From positions 310,001-374,000 of the forward strand of contig OZ025681.1 in the NCBI GenBank assembly GCA_964019335.1: a stretch of DNA of 64,000 nt, in the 5' to 3' direction. The notes below the pieces were generated by a model. It was not told where the DNA came from. It searched no databases and saw nothing but the letters and a program-made list of their open reading frames with translations. Below, piece by piece: positions 12,202 to 22,271 of the stretch (the stretch's first letter is position 1; each line of letters starts with the position of its first letter). The translations under genes were made by a program, and so were the position numbers. Source of the DNA: Diplonema japonicum. Taxonomy: Eukaryota; Protista; Euglenozoa: Diplonemea.

Positions 12202-12644
12202 GAGAAAATGAAATACACACGAGTTAAAAGGAAGTTTTTGTGAGATCTCCCCGTTGTTCTCATCTTAAAGAACAAGAAAGAAAAAAAAGAAAAACGAACT
12301 TGGCCGTTATGCCGTGCCCGGAAGAAAGGAAACCTGGATTGGTTTTATAAATCCGTAGACACGTTGCCAAAGACTCGTTCTTGCAAGAAAGGGCAATTCA
12401 CTTGCTACAACCTTTTTTTCTGATGATGAACTGAAACACTAGTTATTGTTGCGTTACGAAAAAAAACTTTGTTTTTTTTTATATTAGGAACAGAAAGTGT
12501 TTGCAACCATTGCGCACAAAAACGAAGAATATGGTAAGCAACGGGGCGACAAAAAAAAACTCAAAGTGCAGGGAAAAAAAAAAAATGAACTATGTTAAGG
12601 AGAGATCCCTGCTTTTTTTTTTTTTTTTTTTTTTTTTCTCCTCT

Positions 12645-13195
12645 TCACCTGCATGTGCTTCTCTTGTTACATGTTTTGTTGCTTTGTACGTGAAATCGGA
12701 TCTTTGTATCAGGAAACCTTTGCAAAACAGTCCGCGTATGCCTGATCAAGGAGGCCTTTGTCTCCTTATCATCAGCTTGCTTCGAACAATCAGCGCTTAT
12801 CGTCAACAGGCCATCTAAAAACACAGGCAGCGTGGTCTTGTAGGGTTGTTCTGGATTGCCCACATTCCATTTGAAACCTGCCGTCTTGTTGCTGGCACCG
12901 ATTCCTTCTGCAATGACAGCGGGGTCCAACGACAGGCAGACGTTGGCAGGAGACTTCTCACTCGCACTGACTACGAAAGCTGCCCCCCGATGCACTCTAT
13001 CAGGAAATTCCCGGTGCTGGCTGCCATGTCGGACGACGTGCGGGTGGCTCAGTTGCGCAATTTCTTTTACCACGCACGACCTCTCCGTGTCTCTGTCCAC
13101 CGCCTGCGACACCATTCCCGCAATCGTTCTGTTCCCAAAAACACGGGTAATAGGAACGTCAGCCGAAGAGTCGCCGAACTTCGTTGCCCCGGAGC

Positions 13196-13199
<4 letters not shown>
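12645..13199 (-). pseudogene. Probable degenerate Ser/Thr protein kinase gene
   Basis: MGSG start; VSQAVDRDTERSCVVKEIAQLSHPHVVRH resembles subdomains I-IV with a deletion. FLIECIGG (subdomain V-like) is in a shifted frame and SPANVCL resembles KPxNxL. No intact HRD or DFG. Confidence 0.45.
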
Positions 13200-13228
<29 letters not shown>

Positions 13229-13265
13229 CCCTGTGCGGATTTTTTTTTTTTTTTTTTCCCCCCCG

Positions 13266-13317
<52 letters not shown>

Positions 13318-13326
13318 AGGTTTTTT

Positions 13327-14634
13327 TTATTCGGCTGCGTGGACGCGTGGTTTTCCGTCTATTCCACTGGCGAGTTCTATGTCGTGGTCGGACGGTTTCC
13401 CGTACAGAGACTCCTCTACATCTGATGGTTTGACATAGGTATGATCAGCGTTGGTGTAGTCCTGGTCGTCTGTGGGAAGTAAGTCTTGAGAAAGCCCTGC
13501 CATCCTCATCTCACCATCGTACTCAATGCTTCGGAGGTCGGAGTTCGACACGGGGAGGGACCAAGGGTCCAACCTGGCCTGGATCGTTTGGTCCCGCGCC
13601 TTCGTCGAGAGGAAGTCCTCCTGCGCACCGTAGAACCCTCTTCTCCGTGCCTCTTCGAGGATCGGCCTCATGGCGTCTCCTTCCTCTTCGACCTCACGTT
13701 CAAACGCTTCGTCACGGCTATGCTGCACCGCCTGAGCAAGGCTCATCAACATGTCGTATTGAAGAAGTTGTGTTGGAGAGGATTCTGACAAAGGGATCAA
13801 CATTGAGGATGCTGTGTGCATAGAAAACAACGGTGCGCCAACAGAAAACGATACCAGGGTTTTCCCCACTTCGTCCAATACAGAGCAAATGTGGTAGAGA
13901 AGTTCTGCGGAATCAATGGCGTTCGAGGCGTTGCGAGCGATGAGCCGGACCCTTTTGTTTTCGTAAAGCAGCGAACAGATCTCTTCGCACTTGACAATGA
14001 GATCTTTTGTTTGGATGTTCGCTCTGATGGAATATTCCTCGATGTGCTGTTCTCTGTCGGAGTTCAACTGTTTTTGAGAGGATTCCAGGGCGATCCGCGA
14101 ACGAGCGGTTCTTACCAGAAACGGTTGTAAGTGTCGCAGCCTACAATAGGCGTGATCTGCCTGTTCGTTTAATGCTGTTAAACATAACGACATTTTCAGC
14201 TCGTTTTCGTATTGTAATGCTGATTTTCGGGTCATTTCAACGTCGGTAACCTTTTCGTCGTAGCCGTCCAGCGTGCCGATATGGGTGATTGTGATTTTAC
14301 CGACGCTTGCAGGTATCTCGTCCCCGATTAGCATTTCTTCTTTGATGGTGTCAATGGTGTCGGACATCTGTGTTCGAACCTCGTTTGCTATCTCCGCTGC
14401 TCTGATCTTTCCCTCCAGCTGTCTGCTGAGTCTTTCTTCCATCACCTTTACCTGTGCGCGTCCCACGGGTTCCTCTTCCTTGCTGAGTATCCTGATGTCT
14501 TTATTATGCTTCATGTGACGCATCATTGGGTCTGAAAAATCCATTTCATCATTTGGGTCTGTTCCATGGACAGATGGAAAATCCCTATGGTCACTGCGTA
14601 CTGTAGAAACATATCGTATTAGTGTTCGTCTCAT
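13327..14634 (-). CDS. Hypothetical protein, 435 aa, possibly mitochondrial
   Basis: Long ORF with an A-rich leader. MRRTLIRYVSTVRS resembles a short euglenozoan mitochondrial presequence. No domain recognised. Confidence 0.75.
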   Translation of the reverse strand: MRRTLIRYVSTVRSDHRDFPSVHGTDPNDEMDFSDPMMRHMKHNKDIRILSKEEEPVGRAQVKVMEERLSRQLEGKIRAAEIANEVRTQMSDTIDTIKEEMLIGDEIPASVGKITITHIGTLDGYDEKVTDVEMTRKSALQYENELKMSLCLTALNEQADHAYCRLRHLQPFLVRTARSRIALESSQKQLNSDREQHIEEYSIRANIQTKDLIVKCEEICSLLYENKRVRLIARNASNAIDSAELLYHICSVLDEVGKTLVSFSVGAPLFSMHTASSMLIPLSESSPTQLLQYDMLMSLAQAVQHSRDEAFEREVEEEGDAMRPILEEARRRGFYGAQEDFLSTKARDQTIQARLDPWSLPVSNSDLRSIEYDGEMRMAGLSQDLLPTDDQDYTNADHTYVKPSDVEESLYGKPSDHDIELASGIDGKPRVHAAE

Positions 14635-14800
14635 TTTTTTTTTCTTTTGTACTCTTTAATATTTTTTTTTCCCCCCCGGGTGAAAAAAAACAAAACAAAA
14701 CAAAAAAAAAGAGAGAAATGATGGGGATTGGGGGAAAAGAGAATTTGATCAAACTGGTTTTCCGACAACACTAAACTTTTCTTTTTTAAAAAATCTTCTT

Positions 14801-15169
14801 TTATTCCTTCTCCACATCAAACAGGGCCTGCAGTTTCGATCGCACTCTTTCAGGTCGGATAAAACCGATAGAGAAAGTAGCCGGTGGTAGTTGTTGTGTC
14901 ACAGGCTCCCTTTTTTTCTCGGGCTTCTTCTGGACCTTCAACAATTCGTTCGGCAGGTTGTGGTGCCCCGCGACGGCAGACCCCTCGTTCATTCTCACTC
15001 GGTCCCTCTCCGACCGCTCCTTTTGGTACTGAATATTCTCCACTTTCTCGAGATTTTTCGCCAACACAGAAGTTTTCAATTTATGCTTTCTTTGCACCGC
15101 AGATTTCTTTGACCGTGCCCGCCACTGGTCACGAGGGGTCTTACTTCCACTGTGAGCTGGCGCGCCCAT
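14801..15169 (-). CDS. Small basic hypothetical protein, 122 aa
   Basis: The ORF fills the non-homopolymer block between two spacers, has an A-rich leader before ATG and is K/R-rich. Confidence 0.7.
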   Translation of the reverse strand: MGAPAHSGSKTPRDQWRARSKKSAVQRKHKLKTSVLAKNLEKVENIQYQKERSERDRVRMNEGSAVAGHHNLPNELLKVQKKPEKKREPVTQQLPPATFSIGFIRPERVRSKLQALFDVEKE

Positions 15170-15267
15170 ATTTCTTTTTTTTTTTTTTTAAAGATGTGCT
15201 GTAGGGGTTACACATACTATTCAAGACAAAAAAAAAAACAAAAAAAAAAAAACAAAAAAAAAGAAAT

Positions 15268-15870
15268 TCACAAAAACTTCTGAACTAACAAAGCCACGGT
15301 ATGGAAGGTGAGCACCGTTATAAACACGAGAAACCCTGCCCACCAGTAATATTTCGCTTTGCTGGAATCAGGTCGGGTAGATGCGGATAAGAGAAGAATA
15401 AACTGGTATCCTGCTATGCACCACAGAGCAATGGTGATCAAAAGGTTGAAGAAGCGATGGCTTCTTTTATGCACTGTCTTTTTCTCGAAGTGTGTTTGGG
15501 TTGTAGTGGTGGTGGTGGTGGTGGTGGTTCTAGGTCCTTCATCACGGACAAGGGGCTGCAACGCCAGAGGAGCCGAAGAAGATGTAGGAAATTGTTTCTC
15601 TATTGGATTGAGCATAGGTACCTTCACAGCCGATGCTCTCATTGGCTGTCTACTCAGAACGGATGACATAACTGCCTGTGGAGCGGGGCTAATTGGTATG
15701 GCCATCACAGGTCTCATCACAGGCGACAACGATACTGGAGAAAGAGGACGTTCCCCATAGCTTAAAAACTCTATAATTGGAGGGGCCGGGCTAAGCCTCC
15801 CGCTCCCATCTTCTTCCCACTTGCCGGTGACCTCTGCTTTGTTTTCGATCGATGGGGTTTGGAGTGTCAT
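15268..15870 (-). CDS. Hypothetical membrane protein (S/P/T-rich N-terminus, two C-terminal TM helices)
   Basis: FFNLLITIALWCIAGYQFILLL and YYWWAGFLVFITVLTFHTVALLV are hydrophobic segments. Confidence 0.75.
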   Translation of the reverse strand: MTLQTPSIENKAEVTGKWEEDGSGRLSPAPPIIEFLSYGERPLSPVSLSPVMRPVMAIPISPAPQAVMSSVLSRQPMRASAVKVPMLNPIEKQFPTSSSAPLALQPLVRDEGPRTTTTTTTTTTQTHFEKKTVHKRSHRFFNLLITIALWCIAGYQFILLLSASTRPDSSKAKYYWWAGFLVFITVLTFHTVALLVQKFL

Positions 15871-16307
15871 TTACATTTCCCTAAGTGAAGCTTATGGATG
15901 GGCGGGGGAGGGGGAAACAGAAAGAAATCTCACAAACCGAATTCGTGTGGCATACTGATGAAAGAAAGAAAAAATATAAAAAAAAAAAAAAAAAGCCTTG
16001 ACGAACGCTTTTTTTTTTTTTCCTTCTAAAAAAATGTGGGGAAGGGGGGGGGGGACTATTTAGATATGAGCATGTTGGCGGTCTTGTGGGGGGCCTTCTC
16101 CCCCCCTAATAAAACTTTTTTGGATTGCAACACTGTTGCAATTTAAACACTGCATTTCTTTCTTCCCCCCCCCCCCCCCCCCCCCTTCCCCACACCCTTC
16201 GTGCCCTTCATAAACAAAAAACAGAAAGAAAACGCAGGTTCTGAAATGGAAATGGAAAACGCGGGTTCCAAACCTACTGCCAACAAGCCATTGTCTACTT
16301 AAACATG

Positions 16308-19300
16308 TCAGAAATCATCATAATAACCAGTTGCTTGCTGATGCTGGGTGGGTAGAGCCACGCCCTGTGCTGCTTGCATCTGCATCCAGCTCTGTTCGCC
16401 TTGCTGTGGATGGTACCCCTGGGGCTGCTGGCGATATTGTTGCTGTGGCTCGCTACGCCCTTGCCCCTGTTCTTGCATAAGAGGCGAAGCAACATTTGTG
16501 AAGTTCTGCGGTGTGCTTCCACTCGCGGGAGGAGCCTCGCCACCTGTGTAGGAACGCTGCGCAGGTTGAACAGACGGCTCGTTGTGCGGGACATTCGTGT
16601 AACCTTGGCTTGCATCAGATCGTGTATTGACGTATTGCTGCGACGACCCATGAGCGGGGGGCGGTACTGGTGGGACGTTAGTGCTCTGGTACCCATGAGC
16701 AATCGTGCTCTGAGCTTGTGGTGGTGCACTCGACTGTTGATTCTCACTGACGTTCTGCTGATGGGTATTGACGATCGTTTGATGGCCATTTGCGTGTTGA
16801 TAGGGATTGACGTTCTGCTGATGCCCATTGACATTGTTGTGCTGATGTCCATTGACACTTTGCTGATGCCCATTGACACTGTGCTGATGCCCATTGACAT
16901 TGTTGTGCTGATGGGTATTGTCGATCGTTTGATGGCCATTTGCGTGTTGATAGTGATTGACGTTCTGCTGATGCCCATTGACATTGTTGTGTTGATGTCC
17001 ATTGACACTTTGCTGATGCCCATTGACACTGTGCTGATGCCCATTGACATTGTTGTGCTGATGGGTATTGTCGATCGTTTGATGGCCATTTGCGTGTTGA
17101 TAGCGATTGACGTTCTGCTGATGCCCATTGACACTGTGCTGATGGGTATTGACACTGTGCTGATGCCCATAAACGTTCTGCTGATGGGTATTGACGCTCT
17201 GCTGATTCCCATTGACACTGTGTTGATGCCCATAGACGTTCTGCTGATAGGGACTGACGTTATTGACGTTTTGCTGGTGTCCTTCGACATGCTGCTGCGA
17301 CTGTCCCTCCACCCTGCGCTGTGGTATGTCTTGTGTCTGTGACACACCAGCCCTCTCTTGCGTCATCTCACCCTGCCGACTCACATAGTTCTGCTGTGGC
17401 GTGTATGACGATACTTCTTGCCGTACATTCGGGTGGTAATTTGTGTAGCAAGCCTCTACGGGCGGGCGGCTGCCTGGGTTTGCAGGTACCACACCTTGCA
17501 TGCTTGTTGGCGTTGCGGTCCCTAGTTCACTGATTCCCTTCATTTCTGCCCGCACGGTCCCGTTCTGCAGGGCACCTTGCTCGCCTACGAGTGGAGTGTC
17601 CGATGATGTGTTCCTCTGTGGCTGGGGACATGGCGTGGCACTCTGCATATGGACGTCAGTTTGTCGTATTTGCGTCGTGGGGTGCTGCACAGGGCTTTCT
17701 GAGTATCTTTGGTTTACGTGCATCACATTCGGTTGGCTTTGCGGTGTACTCACCTGGGGTTGTCCGGCATGCGTTTCACTGGGATGCGCCTGTTGTTGGT
17801 AGCCACTCTGCGGCACACTTGCTCTCTCTTGCCACATCCCGTACTGCGGTGCATTCGCGAAGCTCTGAACAGGACGCATCATTTGTGGCCCGCTGGCATA
17901 GCCCTGTGGCGGCACATTGCCATTGCTATTCTGTTGACCATTCATGCTGTAGCTGCTCGGTTCTTGAGACTGCGGCAAACTTGATGTGCCTTGCAACGGC
18001 CCGCTCAGTCTGTTTACGTGACTTTGCCCTATGCCTCCCTCGTGTCCCTGTGCGGTTGTCAACCCGCTATACTGCCCGTTTGCTATTCCTTGATGTTGCG
18101 GTGCATAGCCGCAATTTTGCTGCACAGGAGGAAGAGCGTGTGCCGTCGACGGGGTAGAATATGGTGATTGCGGGTGTCCGTTAGCTATTCCCTGACTCTG
18201 CGGTGCATGACCTTGACTTTGCGGGACCCGTGTCTCATTGGAAACATGGCTGTGCTGCAACTGCAGGTAACGTGGTGGTTCCACGTGCTGCGGCTGGGAT
18301 GGGGGACCTTGGCTGTGCGGCTTTTGCACAACAACATTATCATAGCCCAAAGCCGGGGTATATTGCACAGGGGTCTGGCAGGTTGCATCTGGTACATCTG
18401 GCGCTGATGTTACTTGTTGGACCGGCGGTAAAGGTTCTCTGCGCGCTTCTTGCATTTCCTTCATGGGGGCAAGGGCAAGGGTGTTAACGCTGACGAATCG
18501 TGAGACCGCCATGCCCTTGGCGTCGCTGTAGTTCCGAATCTCAGATCGCATTGTCTGTTGGGTGACCTCGGGGACTTTGTCGCGCAGCTCGATGGGGGTC
18601 TCTTCCACGACGAAAGAGAAATTGAAGCGTTCGCTGAGGACGACAATGGCGCTGTTTTGCAGGGCGAGGTTCTTTGTGGCCCAACCCTGCCCATGTGGGG
18701 TCTTCCGAGGTGGGTAGGGAGTACGGCGCCCCTGGGCATCATTGGTGCCAAAGTCCTTCCTGTTGACAAGCGTTATATTACACAACCAACCCTCAATAGT
18801 CTCCTCGGTAACGGCATCGATCTCGTACGTCTTGCTAGTCAGCTCACTGAGCTTGTCAATAGGTGTTCGTTGGAACTGCCAAGTCTCCTGGGTGTAGACC
18901 ACTGTGGCTTCGGAGTCTGTGAAACTGACGACTGCGGTGTTCTGCGTTTCGAACATCTTCATCGGAATTTTCTGGTTGTTCTTGTGGTAGTGCTTTACGC
19001 GGTCGATGAGGTTCTCTTTAACCAAGTACCCGCACACCTTGTACATCAATTTGCTAACGGCCTGCTTTACAGCTGTGCCGTGGGCCTCAAACTTCATCGA
19101 TGCTGTCCCCACGTGGCATGTGATGAGAGCTGTCCATCCCGCTTCGCCGCCGTCTACGTAATAAATGCAAGGGAAAGGTGTGGCGTATTCGCGCTTGTTC
19201 TGCTCGGCGAACCCTGAGACAAGACGTTCCGCGTACAAAGGGTCTTCGTACCACAACGCTCTGGTGTCTTGAAGCTCTTGTCCTGGGAGCTCGCGGATTT

Positions 19301-20906
19301 TATTCATGATATTTGAGAAATCGAGGTTTCCTTTGGCTTTTCTCTCATCGGCGTCAGACTCGACCATCAGGACGAATCGGGCGTTTGCACGACGGGCCCT
19401 ACCCCTGCATTGGTTCAGCGCCACGATGTTATAGTTGCTCATGAAAAATCTAATGACAAGGGAGCAGGTTGGGATGTCGATGCCTTCCTCGTACACTGTA
19501 GTGCAAATGATAACCTTCGTGGCTCCTTCTTCAAATTCAGCGATCCGTGCGGGTTTGTCAGCGTGCCCATAGTCAACGCATACATCCGCCAGGGTAGGGT
19601 GGCTCCCGAATGTCCCTTTGAGCTTCTCTTGAAGTCTAGAACATGCAACTTTCGTTTCAACGAAGACAAGGACACGCATTGTGTCTCCAGACCGGGCCTT
19701 CTCCTCGGCTATGATGTCTGTGATAGCTTGCTCCTTTGATCCGATTGGTTCATTCAGACTGCCGAACATTTTACACACGGAAAAGAGGACCTGGTTGAGG
19801 TACTCAGCGGTTTGCTTCGGACGGACCTTCTTCTCGAACTCAGTTTTTTGTTTTTCCCAGTGGAGCCCGGCTGCCTTGACTCCAATGTTTTCAGTCAACT
19901 GCAGCACCACAATGACGTTCATCACGAGGAGTGCCAGGGCTTCGATGTCGTGACAGTTGTTCAAGTGCGCCGTGTTTTGGATTTCCTGCAACAGCGGCCT
20001 TTCGTTGGCGATGTTGGGGTTTTCCAAATAGGCCCGGACCTTTTTGCAAGTATCCATGCTCGGGTCTATGTTATGCTCCTCGATACACATGGTCATGATC
20101 TGCTTGCTGTTCGACTGTATTTTCAAGAGCTCGGTCTTCACGTACTGCTCGCAGTCAGAGGGCGAGACGTTGTAGAAAATCGGTGCGCCCCTCGCCTCGT
20201 GTTCCTCCATTTCCTTGATGTTTTCCTCGATAGTTACCGTGCAAAGCTTTGCACCGAGGATGGAGCAAAGCTTGTTAATGTTGTCTTCTAAGTTCGCGAT
20301 TTGAAACACAGGTGTTGCGGTCAGCCCGAGGATAAATGGGCGGGAGTCTTCCAGCTGCTGGTAGTGGTTCTTCATGACTGACGCTCCTGGCGACTTCTTG
20401 TTGACGTTGTGTGCTTCATCAAAAATTACCAGGCAAAAGTCCGACAGCTTTGCTGTGTTGTCACGAAGCATTTCTGAGAAAGCCCCTGTTACACCAAATA
20501 CATATTCGAAGTTTCTTATGCTGCGCAAGTCGGTGGTTTTATCCTGTAAGCTGACGATGCCCCCTGCTTGCATGTAGTGAGAGGTCATGAGTGCCACACA
20601 ACTTCTGTACTGTTGGCACGCCAAAGCCCTCGTTTGGGTCAGAAAAAGGACGGGTTTCGGTTTGTTCCTCTTCATTGCGCTACCTCTTACGTGCTCTGCG
20701 ATGCAAAATGATACCTGTGTCTTGCCGGTCCCGGTCGGCATAACTAGCAACGTGCCTTGGTTGTTGCAGCTTTTTTTGAAGGCCTCCTTCTGATACTCCC
20801 TGAGGCTTGCGTAGATTTTGTCGCGAAAATAGTGTGGGTTTTGCATGGACCACTCCATGACCTGCATCTCGTTCTGCTTGCGCTGCTGAAAATTCTGCAT
20901 CATCAT
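16308..20906 (-). CDS. Dicer/RIG-I-family SF2 DExD/H RNA helicase with DUF283-like and dsRBD-like domains and a Q/H/N-rich repeat tail
   Basis: Motifs LREYQ (Q), PTGTGKT (I), DEAH (II), LTATP (III), VLVFV (IV), EEGIDIPTCSLVIRF (V) and QCRGRAR (VI), plus a Hel2i-sized helical insert. KQAVSKLMYKVCGYLVKENLID is a DUF283-like end; TPIDKLSEL...GQGWATKNLALQNSA is dsRBD-like. Confidence 0.9.
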   Translation of the reverse strand: MMMQNFQQRKQNEMQVMEWSMQNPHYFRDKIYASLREYQKEAFKKSCNNQGTLLVMPTGTGKTQVSFCIAEHVRGSAMKRNKPKPVLFLTQTRALACQQYRSCVALMTSHYMQAGGIVSLQDKTTDLRSIRNFEYVFGVTGAFSEMLRDNTAKLSDFCLVIFDEAHNVNKKSPGASVMKNHYQQLEDSRPFILGLTATPVFQIANLEDNINKLCSILGAKLCTVTIEENIKEMEEHEARGAPIFYNVSPSDCEQYVKTELLKIQSNSKQIMTMCIEEHNIDPSMDTCKKVRAYLENPNIANERPLLQEIQNTAHLNNCHDIEALALLVMNVIVVLQLTENIGVKAAGLHWEKQKTEFEKKVRPKQTAEYLNQVLFSVCKMFGSLNEPIGSKEQAITDIIAEEKARSGDTMRVLVFVETKVACSRLQEKLKGTFGSHPTLADVCVDYGHADKPARIAEFEEGATKVIICTTVYEEGIDIPTCSLVIRFFMSNYNIVALNQCRGRARRANARFVLMVESDADERKAKGNLDFSNIMNKIRELPGQELQDTRALWYEDPLYAERLVSGFAEQNKREYATPFPCIYYVDGGEAGWTALITCHVGTASMKFEAHGTAVKQAVSKLMYKVCGYLVKENLIDRVKHYHKNNQKIPMKMFETQNTAVVSFTDSEATVVYTQETWQFQRTPIDKLSELTSKTYEIDAVTEETIEGWLCNITLVNRKDFGTNDAQGRRTPYPPRKTPHGQGWATKNLALQNSAIVVLSERFNFSFVVEETPIELRDKVPEVTQQTMRSEIRNYSDAKGMAVSRFVSVNTLALAPMKEMQEARREPLPPVQQVTSAPDVPDATCQTPVQYTPALGYDNVVVQKPHSQGPPSQPQHVEPPRYLQLQHSHVSNETRVPQSQGHAPQSQGIANGHPQSPYSTPSTAHALPPVQQNCGYAPQHQGIANGQYSGLTTAQGHEGGIGQSHVNRLSGPLQGTSSLPQSQEPSSYSMNGQQNSNGNVPPQGYASGPQMMRPVQSFANAPQYGMWQERASVPQSGYQQQAHPSETHAGQPQVSTPQSQPNVMHVNQRYSESPVQHPTTQIRQTDVHMQSATPCPQPQRNTSSDTPLVGEQGALQNGTVRAEMKGISELGTATPTSMQGVVPANPGSRPPVEACYTNYHPNVRQEVSSYTPQQNYVSRQGEMTQERAGVSQTQDIPQRRVEGQSQQHVEGHQQNVNNVSPYQQNVYGHQHSVNGNQQSVNTHQQNVYGHQHSVNTHQHSVNGHQQNVNRYQHANGHQTIDNTHQHNNVNGHQHSVNGHQQSVNGHQHNNVNGHQQNVNHYQHANGHQTIDNTHQHNNVNGHQHSVNGHQQSVNGHQHNNVNGHQQNVNPYQHANGHQTIVNTHQQNVSENQQSSAPPQAQSTIAHGYQSTNVPPVPPPAHGSSQQYVNTRSDASQGYTNVPHNEPSVQPAQRSYTGGEAPPASGSTPQNFTNVASPLMQEQGQGRSEPQQQYRQQPQGYHPQQGEQSWMQMQAAQGVALPTQHQQATGYYDDF
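16745..17290 (-). repeat. Coding hierarchical tandem repeat (21/24-bp units inside a 150-bp higher-order unit)
   Basis: gatcgtttgatggcc recurs at 16773, 16923 and 17073. Units encode HQ(Q/H)(S/N)VN(G/T). Confidence 0.9.
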
Positions 20907-21368
20907 TTTTTCTTTTTTTTCGTTCTGGTTGTTCCCCCTCCCTCCCCCTCCCCCCCACCGCCCTCCTTTTCGTGTCGTGTGGGAGAAATATTATATGAGT
21001 TAAAGGAGGCCGGTGTTGGCGGCGCCCTTAATATTATAAAAAATGTGAGATGGATTTTAGTAGCATGTAACACAGTTTCCACCACGCATAGGGTGTCTAG
21101 GTTTTCCCCAAATGAAAAGTGCACAGTTTTCTCACTTTTTTTTACTATTTGAGGCGGCCTGCCCCCCCCCCCCCCCCCCCCCATGAACAACTGAATAAAA
21201 AAGAAAAAACACACTCTTTTGTTAAAAAAAACACTTTTTGTTTCACTATTTTCTTTTTTTTTTGAATTTTCATTCTTTTTTTTTCCTCTAGGGGGGGTTT
21301 CTTTTTTGGTTAATGGTGCTTGTGCAGGGTGCCCCCACCGGCTTCCTTTAAATCATCGAGTTTTTTTT

Positions 21369-22271
21369 TCATTCCTTCACAGCGTTTTTTTTAAGGTGGC
21401 GGTGATAGAGATCAGCGCAAACGTGGCACATTTCACCGCACACTCGGCAATGGTTATAAAACAGTTCGGGCTTGTTTGGATAGTTTCTGCAGCACGCGGG
21501 GCAAGTTCGTCCGGATCCGGACAGGGGCAAGGGGCAGAGAACCCCGGGAGTGATAATATAAGAGAAGAAAAGGTTGTAGTCGGGACGGAGCTTCTCAACT
21601 GAGGTTAGAAGTGACGAGTACTCCATAGAAGCTGCAGACAAGAGATTCTTGAAGGAGTGGGAGGCAGGGCAAACAAGGTTAGTGTAGAGGGGGAAAAGAG
21701 ACAAAACGTCGACTGCAGCGTAAAGAAGAACCTCGTGAGCGATGGGGCGGACGGTCCAGTCGACTTCTGTGATGGAAACTGCGGATTTTAAATCAGTCAG
21801 GCGGTGGAGAGTTTCGTCGGTTTCGGATAATAATTGCAAGGTCTTCCGCAGCCCGACTACACGTGGATACCCTTCCACGCCCTTTCGTTTGATATAAGGC
21901 TTAGCCATGTGTTTCTTCTGCAATGTATCTGCAAGCTGCAGATCGACGATGTTGTTCACGTCCATTCCTAGAAAGTGTTTCAAGACGTCGCAGTCCCTTC
22001 TGCAATCCCACATCAGCACCTCTACATTAGCGTCTTCGAACAATTCTTGTAGTACTTGAGATCCCTCGGTGCCTACAGTTCGTATATCCACGATCAGTAC
22101 CTCTTCTTTCCCCTCGATCCCGATCTGTACCAGTTCTAACGTGCCTTCGCGGGACATTCTTATGCCTTCGCAGTCCAAAGCGATTCTGTTTGCGCCCTTG
22201 ACATCGGCGATGGCGCCGCGGAGGTCTTCAGCACTATCGATCAGTTTGTAACTCACATCCGTCGTGGCCAT
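21369..22271 (-). CDS. DEDDy 3'-5' exonuclease, EXD1/Egalitarian-like, with C-terminal Cys cluster
   Basis: ExoI IALDCEG, LVQIG, ExoII WDCRRD, DLQLA, ExoIII WTVRP...YAAVDV; tail CPACC...CRVCGEMCHVC. Confidence 0.9.
   Translation of the reverse strand: MATTDVSYKLIDSAEDLRGAIADVKGANRIALDCEGIRMSREGTLELVQIGIEGKEEVLIVDIRTVGTEGSQVLQELFEDANVEVLMWDCRRDCDVLKHFLGMDVNNIVDLQLADTLQKKHMAKPYIKRKGVEGYPRVVGLRKTLQLLSETDETLHRLTDLKSAVSITEVDWTVRPIAHEVLLYAAVDVLSLFPLYTNLVCPASHSFKNLLSAASMEYSSLLTSVEKLRPDYNLFFSYIITPGVLCPLPLSGSGRTCPACCRNYPNKPELFYNHCRVCGEMCHVCADLYHRHLKKNAVKE

Noticed and set aside
16295-17347. Overlapping 350-aa (minus) and 322-aa (plus, hydrophobic IDVLLMP repeats) ORFs within the helicase tail
   Set aside because: The tandem repeat has no stops in these frames, so they are shadows of the repeat; there are no independent leader signals.
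16308-20906. Calling the helicase a full Dicer or FANCM
   Set aside because: No RNase III signature or PAZ and no ERCC4 nuclease. Motif VI reads QCRGRAR (Dicer/RLR-like) rather than the QRxGRTGR of FANCM/Hef.
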